From a virus (Duplodnaviria; Caudoviricetes), in the IMG/VR virus record IMGVR_UViG_3300005662_000097, positions 1-38,072 of that record: a stretch of 38,072 bases of DNA. One strand, given 5' to 3'. Positions within the stretch are counted from its first letter, which is position 1; each line of letters starts with the position of its first letter. This document shows, one piece after another, positions 19,846 to 31,000 of the stretch. The translations under genes and the position numbers were made by a program. The notes beneath the pieces are model-generated. The model had not been told where the DNA came from, did not search any database, and was given only the letters and a program-made list of their open reading frames with translations.

Positions 19846-20025
19846 ATGGATAAATCTAAATTATACATCAACGAAGACGAGGTAGGATATTTGGAGTTCT
19901 TAAAAAATAAACAAGAAAAAACCATATTAGATAAACGCATAAATACGCTAGAAGCGATTATCAAAGAATTAATGAATAAAATAACCGCTTTGGAAACAAA
20001 AAACGAAAGCGGCGGTAAAGGATAA
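19846..20025 (+). CDS. Small coiled-coil protein (59 aa, absent from the ORF track)
   Basis: Manually translated as MDKSKLYINEDEVGYLEFLKNKQEKTILDKRINTLEAIIKELMNKITALETKNESGGKG; GAGG RBS; fills the gap exactly. Confidence 0.75.
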   Translation: MDKSKLYINEDEVGYLEFLKNKQEKTILDKRINTLEAIIKELMNKITALETKNESGGKG

Positions 20026-20027
20026 AG

Positions 20028-23000
20028 ATGAGCCAATCACTCCATACAATACCAGGAATAACCCTCAGCAATACCTTTTTAGACCTCTATATTAGAGTCA
20101 ATGATACCATTTCTGTTGTAAATCAAATTAAATTATATGATGTTCAAGCAACAGGTGGAATTATACACAAAAGACAAGTTGTTCCTTCGACACAAGAAGT
20201 ATTTCAATTAAATTTGGCTTCTACTGCTGGTCATGGATATGGATTGGGAATAATATCTCTTGCTAATCCAAATTCTACTGTTGGATCAGAATGGGAAGGA
20301 AATACATTTGCCTTGAGATTGAATTATCAAGGTTTACAATCCGCATCTTCTTTTCTTGGCTCAAGTGGTGCAACAGTTTCTGTTGCAGATGATGATTTCG
20401 TCACAATAGGTGCATCTGGATCTAGAGGAGATAATGTTTTCAGACCATTAAAGGTCTTTGCAAAAGATTCTCTGCCATATAATATTGATGGAAAACACCG
20501 TTTCCGTAATGATATTTTCTTTGATGGATCTCAAGTTGTTCTAAACTCATCTCAATTGCATATTGATGATAAATTACTTTTCCTAGCCTCGGCAGGAAAC
20601 ACAGACAATCCTTCTTGGATTGGTGGATTGACTTCAAATATAGGTCTTGCTGGAGGTTCTGGTTCTGGATTTGTAATAAAAGGAGCATCAGGAGATAAGT
20701 ATATCGTCTACAACAGCAGCGATGGAGGAACGGGTTACTATTCATTCTTACTATCAGAAAATATACAAACTTCTAAATCTTTTGTTTCTCCAAGTGGAGC
20801 CTTCAAATTTATAGGAGTGAGTGGCAGTGCCCCATACATTGCTCTTCGTACATCTGGTCAGGACTCTTCGACTCTACCACTTGGATGGAAGATATATCAA
20901 TCTGTAACCGGTGCTGGAGTGGGTTCTCTGAAAATAAAGAGAGAGGGTGTTACAGAATTTGATTCTCTAGAACTATACACCAATTCAGAAGTAAAAATAG
21001 GTTCTATCTACTCTGGAACTGGTGGAGATGGAAGTTTCAAAACTGAAGCAGCAAAATTCAGTATACCAGGAACAAGAGAAAAACAAACCCTCCATCACAG
21101 TTGGCAAAATCGTGATATAGTCAGAATACAGGCAACGGCTGATGGTGGACTATTCTCTGAATCTACTTCTTCATTTAAGCCAGGAACAGTTCTGACTTTT
21201 AATGAATTTGGTCAATACAAAAGAGCAAGATGGGATGCGAGTCCCTTTGACGGATATAAAGATGCAGAAGTTGTTGGTATTCTTGAAAAAGTCACATCCG
21301 ATGATTTCATACTACAAGTTCCAGTAAGGACTCTTGTTGGAGCAACTTATTCTACATCTCTATTCTCCATTAATGAAAATGTTGTAATTAAAGGAAATGG
21401 ATTTACTGTTCGTGGTTATGTTTATGAAAATTTGCCAGCAAATGGCATAAGCGGAATCAAAATATTTGTTGATTCTTTCCCAACAGGTATAACAGCAGGA
21501 TCATTTACAAAGAATACTGGAACAATATTTGTTGGTGGTGCTACTCTGTTTGGAAGTGCAGATGAAGATTTCATCGGTATCAGTGCTTCTCAAGGAATAA
21601 CGGTCACTTCTGTTGATTTTGGTGTAATAGTACGACAAGGTATATTTGAAATTCCAGAGGCAGGAACCGGTGCTACTGGTTATGACAAGATCTCATCTTT
21701 AGGTCTTACCGCTGGATATCTGTTCTATCTTGGTGGAACTATGAGTGGAAACGATAGTTCTTGCTATGGTGGTGTGACATATGCTCCATCAAATCTCTTT
21801 GATCCAGAATTATTCTATAATTCTGGAGCAAATGTTGCCAAGCCTGTTTTCATCTATCTTGGATTGATGGATGGAAAGAGAGTTGGTTTATTCCAGCCAT
21901 ATCAGGGATTGGGTCTAACACAGGCAGTAACTTCTGCTGATCTCCAACCAGTTTATTATGACAGAGACACTAGCGAAATAAATAACTTTGATATTCTTGG
22001 TGAAATATCAGGAAGAAATAAGATTATAAACTCTGGATTTGATCTCTGGACAAGATTGGATGCTGCCGGTAAGACATACAATGGATTTGATAGTGCTCTC
22101 TATAAAGGAATAACCTTTAACCAAACAACTAGAAATCAATATCCGTTTGGAATCACATACAGTGGTGTTCCCGCTGACTATCAAAATAATATTCTAGTTT
22201 CTTCCTATGTCGCAGACGGATTCTTCTTTGACACAAAGAACAGATCAAGAACTATTGGTATAAAAAGACAACCATTGAGTGCTTCTCTTCCAAATATGAC
22301 TTCTCCACCAAACTTTGAATTAGTATTAACTCAAGTCACAGGTGCAGCGGGAAATACTGCGAAGGCTAGACTTTATGCTATAGTTCCAGATCACAAGTCA
22401 CTAGGAAACCACGATCTGAACTTCTCCTTTTATGCTAGAACAAATTCTTCAACAAATATTGGAATAAGTGCGGGCGTTCCTTTTGTTTGGAATTCTGGAT
22501 CAACCTATGCAATAATAGAATCAAAACACGCATTCCTTTCAAATGGATTAGGAATATCTGGATCTACAGCATATTTCGTTACTCTTGGAAATACATATCA
22601 AAGATACCAAATGGCATTTTCTTCTGAATCTTTGAATTATTCTGGAGCAACTGGCTGGAACTCATCATTTATTGCTCCCTATATTGAATTGGGAACAATA
22701 CCAACAGGATTCTCTCTGTTTATTACAGGACTACAACTTTCAAAGGGAATATCCCCCAAGCCTTATGAGAAGAAATCACCGAGTAGCGAGAAGACAGAGG
22801 CTAATAGATTCTTCCAAAATGTAGTCATAGCAAACGGAGGATACTATCCAATATTTACAGGCTCTTCTGGGCCGAAAATATTTGGAGGAGTGAATTTACA
22901 AGTTCCACTTGCAGAAACACCAAGAGTAATAGAGGCTATAGATATTCTTGTCTCTGGAGTTAGTGCCGCAAGCGGAGATACAGATCCACAAAAGATAATG

Positions 23001-23135
23001 AAAGACTCAATCTCGGTATTTCGAGATACAGATTCAATGTCTTCAACATACCATAGATATTTTGAAACGGTATATTGTCTAGATGCGTCTGGTTTTTCTG
23101 GAACAATATCTTCAAGACTTGTTGGTATGACTTGA
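20028..23135 (+). CDS. Large tail fibre/virion structural protein
   Basis: N-terminal LSNTF..Y..VN anchor, fibre-like IDDK...GFVIKG..GDK segment, C-terminal GRNKIINSGFDLW...ITGLQL.KG carbohydrate-binding-type domain. Confidence 0.7.
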   Translation: MSQSLHTIPGITLSNTFLDLYIRVNDTISVVNQIKLYDVQATGGIIHKRQVVPSTQEVFQLNLASTAGHGYGLGIISLANPNSTVGSEWEGNTFALRLNYQGLQSASSFLGSSGATVSVADDDFVTIGASGSRGDNVFRPLKVFAKDSLPYNIDGKHRFRNDIFFDGSQVVLNSSQLHIDDKLLFLASAGNTDNPSWIGGLTSNIGLAGGSGSGFVIKGASGDKYIVYNSSDGGTGYYSFLLSENIQTSKSFVSPSGAFKFIGVSGSAPYIALRTSGQDSSTLPLGWKIYQSVTGAGVGSLKIKREGVTEFDSLELYTNSEVKIGSIYSGTGGDGSFKTEAAKFSIPGTREKQTLHHSWQNRDIVRIQATADGGLFSESTSSFKPGTVLTFNEFGQYKRARWDASPFDGYKDAEVVGILEKVTSDDFILQVPVRTLVGATYSTSLFSINENVVIKGNGFTVRGYVYENLPANGISGIKIFVDSFPTGITAGSFTKNTGTIFVGGATLFGSADEDFIGISASQGITVTSVDFGVIVRQGIFEIPEAGTGATGYDKISSLGLTAGYLFYLGGTMSGNDSSCYGGVTYAPSNLFDPELFYNSGANVAKPVFIYLGLMDGKRVGLFQPYQGLGLTQAVTSADLQPVYYDRDTSEINNFDILGEISGRNKIINSGFDLWTRLDAAGKTYNGFDSALYKGITFNQTTRNQYPFGITYSGVPADYQNNILVSSYVADGFFFDTKNRSRTIGIKRQPLSASLPNMTSPPNFELVLTQVTGAAGNTAKARLYAIVPDHKSLGNHDLNFSFYARTNSSTNIGISAGVPFVWNSGSTYAIIESKHAFLSNGLGISGSTAYFVTLGNTYQRYQMAFSSESLNYSGATGWNSSFIAPYIELGTIPTGFSLFITGLQLSKGISPKPYEKKSPSSEKTEANRFFQNVVIANGGYYPIFTGSSGPKIFGGVNLQVPLAETPRVIEAIDILVSGVSAASGDTDPQKIMKDSISVFRDTDSMSSTYHRYFETVYCLDASGFSGTISSRLVGMT

Positions 23136-23147
23136 TCGGAGCATAAA

Positions 23148-24782
23148 ATGTCTACAACTAGAATTTTCGGAAACAATCCATTTGAAGTATACCTCAAGCC
23201 TGTAAATAAACTTGAAGTAACAGTATCAGTTGCTGAATCCGGCATAAAAAGAGGAACAGTAGTTGCATATAAATCAGATGGCTCTATAGTAAGAGCCGAT
23301 GCATCAAATAGAGCACTATCAGTTATATTAGGAGTTGTTAGTGATGTTAGCAATGGTCGATATACCGTAATAACTCAAGGATTCTCTTCAGAGATGCCAG
23401 AAGGCATGGATTCTGCATCTGTTGGTGAAATTTGGTTTTTGAGTGAGTCTATTCCTGGAACTGTAAAATCATCACCTCCTGCTGCACTAGGTACAACAAG
23501 AATAGCAGTAGCACAGAAAGTAGATAATGGTTATCTTATATTAGGAACACCTGGTGTTGTTAATGGTGGATCTTACAGAGGGTATATGAATGTAAGTGGT
23601 ATACAGCCAGTAGGAACTCTATCCCCATTCGTTGGCAATACAGATCTAATACCTAGAAATTGGCTTTTGTGTGATGGATCATATGTTAGTATAGATTCTT
23701 ATCCTGATCTTTTCAGATTATTGGGATCTATTTACGGGCCAGTAGAAGATGGAAGATTTAAATTACCAGATTTCCGTGGAAGAACTGTTGTCGGTGCTGG
23801 AAAAGCAGATGGATTGAGTACAAGATTGATTGGCGAATATGGAGGAGAGGAACTTCACCTGTTGAGCGTTCCAGAAATGCCAGCACACAATCACAAGCCA
23901 GCAATAACAAATCAAGATGGAGTTGACCATTGGTGGGGAAGTGATAATAGAGTAGGAACTCCTAATTTTGACTATGATGGAACTTCTACAACAACTACAA
24001 CAAAACCATCAGATGGTTTTATTGCTCCATCATATAAGACAAATACAGTTGGAGGAAATTCTCCTCACAATAATATGCAGCCATATTCTGTTGCACATTG
24101 GATAATAAGAGCAAAAGCAGAAACAGAATTTTCTCTTGTTGATGTTAATGTTGAAAATTTGACAAATGTCGAAAAAGGGCTAACTGCATCTTCTGGAGAT
24201 ATAATCAGATATGACGGAAGTCTTTGGAGATTTATTGAAAATTCACTCTCAAATCTAAATGATGTCATTGTTCCAACTGATGTTATCGCAAATGATATTA
24301 TAACTGTTCAATCAGTAGATGCAGATGGAATACCGACATTCAAAACAAGTCCTCCATCTGGTTCCAATATTTCTATTGATATAACACAAAGAAGCCATAA
24401 AAATGGCTCACCTCGTCCACCTTCTGTTGTTTACTATCTTGGAACAACATCCGATATTCCTATCGGTAGAAAAGGAATATTGCATCTGAATGGCACTCTT
24501 GAGATAGAGCCATCTGGATCTCTTGACGGAACAGTGAATGTAAATATTATAGGTTATTCTGGCACAAATGGATTGGATATACTAGACACCCTGACAATTC
24601 CACACTATTCTCAATCCAATAGCAAAAAAGTAAAGGTTCCTTTCTTTGCTTCTGTGGCGGCACAAACATATGCAGGAGCAACAGGAACAAATTATAAATA
24701 TGCATATTATCTTTCAACAGAAACTGGAGCACAGTTCAAGGCAAATAAATTGACAATAAATAATGTGAAGTTTGTCTACTGA
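23148..24782 (+). CDS. Tail collar domain fibre protein (gp12-like)
   Basis: PVGTLSPF...WLLCDG......YPDLF..LG..YG.....FKLPDFRGR collar domain, GGEE.H.L...EMPAHNH metal-binding tip and PHNNMQPY...WIIRA. Confidence 0.85.
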   Translation: MSTTRIFGNNPFEVYLKPVNKLEVTVSVAESGIKRGTVVAYKSDGSIVRADASNRALSVILGVVSDVSNGRYTVITQGFSSEMPEGMDSASVGEIWFLSESIPGTVKSSPPAALGTTRIAVAQKVDNGYLILGTPGVVNGGSYRGYMNVSGIQPVGTLSPFVGNTDLIPRNWLLCDGSYVSIDSYPDLFRLLGSIYGPVEDGRFKLPDFRGRTVVGAGKADGLSTRLIGEYGGEELHLLSVPEMPAHNHKPAITNQDGVDHWWGSDNRVGTPNFDYDGTSTTTTTKPSDGFIAPSYKTNTVGGNSPHNNMQPYSVAHWIIRAKAETEFSLVDVNVENLTNVEKGLTASSGDIIRYDGSLWRFIENSLSNLNDVIVPTDVIANDIITVQSVDADGIPTFKTSPPSGSNISIDITQRSHKNGSPRPPSVVYYLGTTSDIPIGRKGILHLNGTLEIEPSGSLDGTVNVNIIGYSGTNGLDILDTLTIPHYSQSNSKKVKVPFFASVAAQTYAGATGTNYKYAYYLSTETGAQFKANKLTINNVKFVY

Positions 24783-24794
24783 TTTGGAGAAAAA

Positions 24795-27700
24795 ATGGGA
24801 TACACAGCAGGATATAATTTTGATGTGAACATAGATGGTAGTTTTTACAAAAAACTATCATCTGGGTCTTCTGTTCCCATCCCTTACAAAACAATAACAC
24901 TTGATACTCCAGCAGACATTCAAATACAACAGGCACTCAATGAACTAAACGATCAATTCATTGACGATTCTGTAAAGATAGTTTTGAAATTTACAGCGAT
25001 AAATGGATTCACTGGTGATGCAAGACAATCTCCAACATATCATCAATTTGATGCTCCTGTTGTAATAGACCATCCCGTTGCCGACAAACTTGTTATAGAA
25101 GGTGTTCCACCAAGCGATCACTCCATATTAGGAGTTTCTTACTATGATTCTGTTCAACATGGTAACTTGGGCATAAGCGGAGATCGTTATTTTAATGCTG
25201 CTACTGCATCAAATTGGGGATATTTTGCACAATTTATCATCACTAATGGAAACAGCCTAAAGATCGGTGAATATCTTGCAGTATATGATAACCGCTATCA
25301 AAAGTACCTCAATCCATCATATTATCAGTTCAGAGATGAAGTCAATGGTAGATTATTTGCTACTCCTTATCCTGTTACTGCTGAAAAGTTGAGAGCATCT
25401 CTTATCGTTGGTACTCACAGAATAGTAGATAAAATAGATCTAGATGATAGAAAGAATAGACTCAACGATCAAAAATTAGATGTTCCAAATCCAGGAAATA
25501 AAGTCGATTATGTCACCGTACATATCAATAACTATAATCCCACCTATTCAATAGGATTAGAAGAGTATACAATTTCTTTCACAAGAAGAGCATATCTTAC
25601 TCCACAAGGAATTGTTGGAAGATATGAACAGGGTTATGGTTCTTCGACTGTTCTAGAAGATCCTCTATTCTTTAGTGGTCTTTCTTCTGGTTCTTCTGGT
25701 GGAGAAGATGCGGGATCTATTCCCGGTTATAGAAACCCTTCTGATTTTGGTTATGGAATCAAATCAGGATCTGGTCAGGCTGCATACATCACTTTCTTCA
25801 ATGAAGGAACAGGTAAAGTTTTAGCAGGACTATCTGCTATTGAAAGAAATGCTCAAGGCTTAACAGGAATGTTCGTAACATCATTAGGATCATTTGGTGT
25901 TGGTGATGTTTGGGAAGCATATGATAGATTGGCTAAAACAACAGGTGATAATCTAACAATTAGAAACTATCGTGATACAAACGATTTCCGTGCAAAGGGA
26001 TTCAAAACTATAATAGAATGTGAGAGAGATGGATTTGTTATCCTCAATGCAAATAAACCACCAGAAATAAAAAATATACTTATTCTTTCAAAGGCAACAT
26101 CAAAAACTCAAAGCCACGGAATAAGAGTAGATAATAGTTCTTCTGTAAATATACACCAAGTCGCTATTGTTGGTTTTCAAAATGGTGCTGGTATATTTGC
26201 AAACAATAAGTCAACCGTTAACATCATAGCAGAGAAGTTCTCTGATCCAGAAGTCTTTAGAGAAGTTGGTGCTTTTTCTTGTTGTAACTATACAGGATTT
26301 GAAGCAAGAAATCATTCTAATATAAATGCTCCAAGATCAGTTGCATCTGGCAATAGATTTGCAAACTATTATTGTGCAGAGAATTCATATATCAATGCTT
26401 ATGCTGCTGTTTCAACTTGTTCAAGAAAATATGGCATAGTGTCAGTAGGAAAGAGTTTCATAAATGCTGATTCTGCCTTCTCTTGCTTTAATGCTTCGGA
26501 TGGTTTTTTCTGTTCAAATGGAAGTCTGTTGACAATAAACTCTGGAAGAGCCTGCTATAATTATGGAAATGGAATTCATGCTTTCTCTTCCGGAGAGATA
26601 CGAGCATTTGATGTTATATCTTCAAGTAATAAAAAAGACGGAATCGTAGCAAATGACTCTTCTATGATAGTATGTGGTGATTCTTCAAAAGAACCAATTG
26701 ATTGGGATTTATACTATGGTTATTCTGATGTGTACTATGGATTTGAGAATCCAACAAATATATCACAAGCAAGATTTAATGGTATTGCAGGATTAGCATC
26801 TTCAACCGATTCCTTTGTTAATGCATCTTTCTTTGAGACATACAACAATTCAAGAATTGGTGGAGAACTAGGAAGACTTAAAGATGTTGATTGCATATAT
26901 TCACAGGCAATTGGTTTTTGCTTGAGAGGTTCTTCGGCAGGATTGACTTGTGATGCTGCATACAGATATTGTGATAATGCCCAATACGAGATAACATTTG
27001 GTGGAGGAAATACCAATGCTGTTCTGAATGATATTCTACCACAAAATACACAGTTAGTATCATTTTGCATACCTTATTCAGATTCCACTGGACTTACTGC
27101 ACAAATACCTGTATCAAAAGCAAGATATGAAACAATAACACAAGCGTTGGCTCTAGAATATGGAGAAAATTCTGGTCTTACTATCGGCAAGATACTTGCT
27201 TGCAAGGGATATTTGCCTGGATGTGGTCTTCGTAGTAATTTACCAGGTGCTCCTGCTGGTGGTGGAACAAATATACCATCTTGTACACCAGCAAACACAA
27301 TAGACGAAATACTATCAGGAGCAAGCGGAACAGCAGAACAAGAATTCTTCCTACAAACAGATATCATTGCTTGTACTTCAGATTCATCCTCTCTTCTCTT
27401 GAATACCATTTGTGTTTCTCAATTGACAGATTATCAAGATCCAAGAAGACCACTATCGCTTGTTGTTCCAAATTATGATGTAGAAATAAGAGATTCTGCG
27501 AAGATAGCATTTGCTGGTAGAATAGCAAATTTTGGATACTATGATATTCGTACTGGTGTAAGAATTCAGCCTCTTTATCCAGGATTTACTGCATCTCCTT
27601 TAGACAAACCAGCAACTCTTATAGGATATGCTGGTAATAAAAATGGTAGTGAATTGGTAATTTTGGATCAAAGTCTTTCGGAAACAGGACTGATGGGAAA

Positions 27701-27983
27701 TCAAGGAGCACTAGATCCAAGAGATGCAAGATACCGTTTAAGATATTCTTCTGAAGATTTCTTGTCAGCAGCAGAATTGTATGATCCTGTTGCTCAAATT
27801 GGTTATATTAACAATGCTCCATATATTCTGAATTTGGGAAGAAAAGATCCAGAAACAGGAGCACTGACAACCACAGTAGGAGTTACGCTAGAAGCAGCGG
27901 CAATACTTAATAGTTCTAGCACCCCATCCCAATCTATGGGAACAAACGATGAAGAGAGTGAAAATGGATATCCTACATATTGA
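24795..27983 (+). CDS. Right-handed beta-helix tailspike-like protein, paralogue 1
   Basis: Regular N..G/S.I.A ladder repeats (e.g. NYGNGIHAFSSGEIRA, NKKDGIVANDSSMI), Cys-rich, with an extra C-terminal domain. Confidence 0.7.
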   Translation: MGYTAGYNFDVNIDGSFYKKLSSGSSVPIPYKTITLDTPADIQIQQALNELNDQFIDDSVKIVLKFTAINGFTGDARQSPTYHQFDAPVVIDHPVADKLVIEGVPPSDHSILGVSYYDSVQHGNLGISGDRYFNAATASNWGYFAQFIITNGNSLKIGEYLAVYDNRYQKYLNPSYYQFRDEVNGRLFATPYPVTAEKLRASLIVGTHRIVDKIDLDDRKNRLNDQKLDVPNPGNKVDYVTVHINNYNPTYSIGLEEYTISFTRRAYLTPQGIVGRYEQGYGSSTVLEDPLFFSGLSSGSSGGEDAGSIPGYRNPSDFGYGIKSGSGQAAYITFFNEGTGKVLAGLSAIERNAQGLTGMFVTSLGSFGVGDVWEAYDRLAKTTGDNLTIRNYRDTNDFRAKGFKTIIECERDGFVILNANKPPEIKNILILSKATSKTQSHGIRVDNSSSVNIHQVAIVGFQNGAGIFANNKSTVNIIAEKFSDPEVFREVGAFSCCNYTGFEARNHSNINAPRSVASGNRFANYYCAENSYINAYAAVSTCSRKYGIVSVGKSFINADSAFSCFNASDGFFCSNGSLLTINSGRACYNYGNGIHAFSSGEIRAFDVISSSNKKDGIVANDSSMIVCGDSSKEPIDWDLYYGYSDVYYGFENPTNISQARFNGIAGLASSTDSFVNASFFETYNNSRIGGELGRLKDVDCIYSQAIGFCLRGSSAGLTCDAAYRYCDNAQYEITFGGGNTNAVLNDILPQNTQLVSFCIPYSDSTGLTAQIPVSKARYETITQALALEYGENSGLTIGKILACKGYLPGCGLRSNLPGAPAGGGTNIPSCTPANTIDEILSGASGTAEQEFFLQTDIIACTSDSSSLLLNTICVSQLTDYQDPRRPLSLVVPNYDVEIRDSAKIAFAGRIANFGYYDIRTGVRIQPLYPGFTASPLDKPATLIGYAGNKNGSELVILDQSLSETGLMGNQGALDPRDARYRLRYSSEDFLSAAELYDPVAQIGYINNAPYILNLGRKDPETGALTTTVGVTLEAAAILNSSSTPSQSMGTNDEESENGYPTY
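27972..27979 (+). promoter_or_regulatory. Putative late promoter variant (CCTACATA)
   Basis: 21 nt before the ATG at 28001 and identical to 323-330, but inside the last codons of the upstream gene. Confidence 0.35.
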
Positions 27984-28000
27984 TTACTTGGAGATAGTGT

Positions 28001-31000
28001 ATGCCTAATAACCTTCAATTTTTTGAAGATCCAGATGATGTTCCATTTATTAATGAGAATATGGATATCTTTGTTGCCACTAGAGGAAATGATACAACAG
28101 GAAATGGCAGTCAAGAAGAGCCTTTCAGAACTCTTGGCAAGGCTGTTAGTATCATTAGAAATAAACAAATAGGAAAGAATAATTTTGTAACCATCAATAT
28201 AGGCGAAATGGAATCAATGCCTGATGGAAGCAATAAAAAATATTTTGAAGAGGAAGAGATAACTATTGATTTTGACTCTGCTAGAAGAGTAAAGATCAAA
28301 GGCAAAAAGCCAACAGATCACGAAGTTATAGCAATTAGTTATTTTGATAAGGCAAGCGATAGAGATGGGTTTTATTGCCAAGTATTAGTCACAAATCACG
28401 ATAAAATTTCTATTGGAAATTATTTGGGAATTTATGACCATTTGAAGATAAAGAAGAAAGATCCATCTCATTTCTGGGTTAGAAACAACATAAGTAGCCC
28501 CACATCAAGAACAATAACAACAAATAATAATTATGTAGAAGCACTAAGATGTGATATGATATTGGGTGTCCATGAAGTGGTAGATATTGGCCCTTCGATG
28601 GAACATACTGGAAACTATGCCAATCTATCTACAGAAATATTTGATCCTTTAGACTTGAAAATAGGATTAGTTACAGTTCACATAAAGAGCAACAATCATA
28701 CCCATAAAAGGCTTAATGAAGTTCCATATTGGAACACACTTGGCACAAAAGGTGGGGATGCATTATTTACTTATGCTGGTGGCCCTGGAAATTCTCCGCT
28801 AGAAGCAAGATTTAATAGCAACACAATTCCTCCGATATTCTATGGAGCAGCAATGCTTTCTTCGGTTGGAACAGAAACTCTAGCAGGTAAAGAATATGAA
28901 CAATTTTATTTCTCTGATATTGTGCAACAATTAGAAATCATTGATATCCTCTTAAGGGGATACAAATATCCTATTGATGAAATCAATGGTAGAGTTATTA
29001 ATCCATTTACAGGTCTTGCAGAAGATAATGTATTGAGACTATGGAATAATCCAGCATTAAGAGGTGAAAAGAGAAATTATATTGCAAGTGTTATTGCTCC
29101 CTATTTGTATCAAAAGATTTCTAGAGACTTAAGAATAGATGCAGACATTCCTTGGTATTTTGCAAAGTCAAATGATGCTCTTATAACAACCAAACAGATT
29201 TCCACTGCTGCAAAGAAAATAAGAGATTTTCTTTTGGCTGGTGCAAAACTACTCAATGGAGTCCCACCGTGGGATGAAGACAACCATCCTGGATATGGAT
29301 ATGGCCCTTTTGAATCAGGAGCAGTAAGACCACCAGTTGGTGGAACTCCAAACACAGAAATAGATACTCAATCATATCCTCAAGAATATGCAAATAAAGA
29401 AAAAATATCAATCTTATTAAGATACTATAACATCTATCCACCAATAAATGGGCAAATGTATCAGCCAATCTTAATAAAGCGAATTAATACTTGGTATAAT
29501 GAAAACAGTTCGTTCTATGGTCTTCGTTTAGATCGTTTTGAAAAGAAAGGAAATCAAAGCCCTTTCTTCTGTGGATATATTACTCCACAAGGTTGGTATA
29601 AACAAAGATATGTCACAAATCCTATAGGTACAATCGGAAACGATATTCCAAGTCTAAAAGACACAACTGATATTAATGGATATCATCTTTTATTTGGAGA
29701 TAAGTATCCAAAATATATTGCAAATCCCAATACTATATTCACAGGAGTATCCGGTGGAAGTAAAGGTGCTTTCTCAAATGAGAGAAGTGCTACTAAAAAT
29801 TTGAGTGATATAGATCAAACAGTGTATCTCTTTGAAGAAAGCGGTGTTACCTCCGGCGGTAGAGATGTTGGAAACACACTAGCCTACACTCTCCGTGGAT
29901 CAATGGGTAGTGTTTGGTATTCTGGACTAGTAAATTTTATGCAAGTAAGACAAGGTTCTGGTGCAGGGCTTGGTCTGTTTGGAGATGCGATATTTGATCG
30001 TTATTCTCTAGGATATATTACAAATGGTCAAACAACAGTCAATGATAATATCATATCGAAAGATAGAGTTGATTTGGACAATGGCCCACCAATTAATTTC
30101 ATTGACTCACCCGAATCTACAAATATAAGAGCAAAATGTTTCAAATCAATTCTTCGTTTTGGTAAGAGTGGAATAACTGTCACAAATAAAACAAAATTAG
30201 GATTTCTAAAAGATGTTTGTTTGGTTGGTATGAATAAAACAGAATCTTCTAGATTCTATGGTCTTATGGCTAATGGAGAATCTGTTATAAATGCATCAAA
30301 TATTGGTGTTTCTAGTTTTTCTTGTGGTATATCAGCAAGAAATCAGTCTCTTATCAATCTGTTAGCAGATCTAAAAGATAGTAATAATACATTTAATAGA
30401 GATATAATGCTACCGATAGATCCAGGAGCAATTGTTACTGCAAATGGAGTAGGAATAGAGAGTAGTCTTAAATCCCATGTCAATGCTCAAAGAACCGTTA
30501 GTTCTGGATCAAAAAAGGGAAACTATCTTGCAATAGCAAATTCTTCTATGGATTGCTCAAACAGTATGTCCGTTTCTAGCCATAAGCACGGTTATGTTGT
30601 TGATTTTAATTCATATATGAGAGCCATTAATTCTTTCTCTGAATTCAATACAGGAATAGGATATTGTGTTGCAAATAACAGTATTCTTATTTGCCATAGA
30701 AGTCGTAGTATTTGGAATGGTTCTCATGGATTATACGCAACAACGAAATCTACTGCAAAATGTTATGAATTTATAAGTAGATCAAATGATGGAGATGGAC
30801 TACTTGCAGAGAACACATCTCTCATATCTGCTGGAGCAAATTCTGCTAATTGGGCGAATTATAGAAGAGAACTGATAGACAACAATTTGTTCTTAAATCC
30901 TGCAAGTTCAACAGACTACTATGGAATATGGTCTACATTGCCTCCTCATCTTTACAATGTGACTATTATAACACCAGAAGGATTTGGGCCTCCTTTACCC

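Noticed and set aside
24693-24700. Canonical T4 late promoter TATAAATA
   Set aside because: Inside a coding region (encodes N-Y-K-Y), about 95 nt from the next start, and expected by chance in AT-rich DNA; intergenic sites use TATACATA instead.
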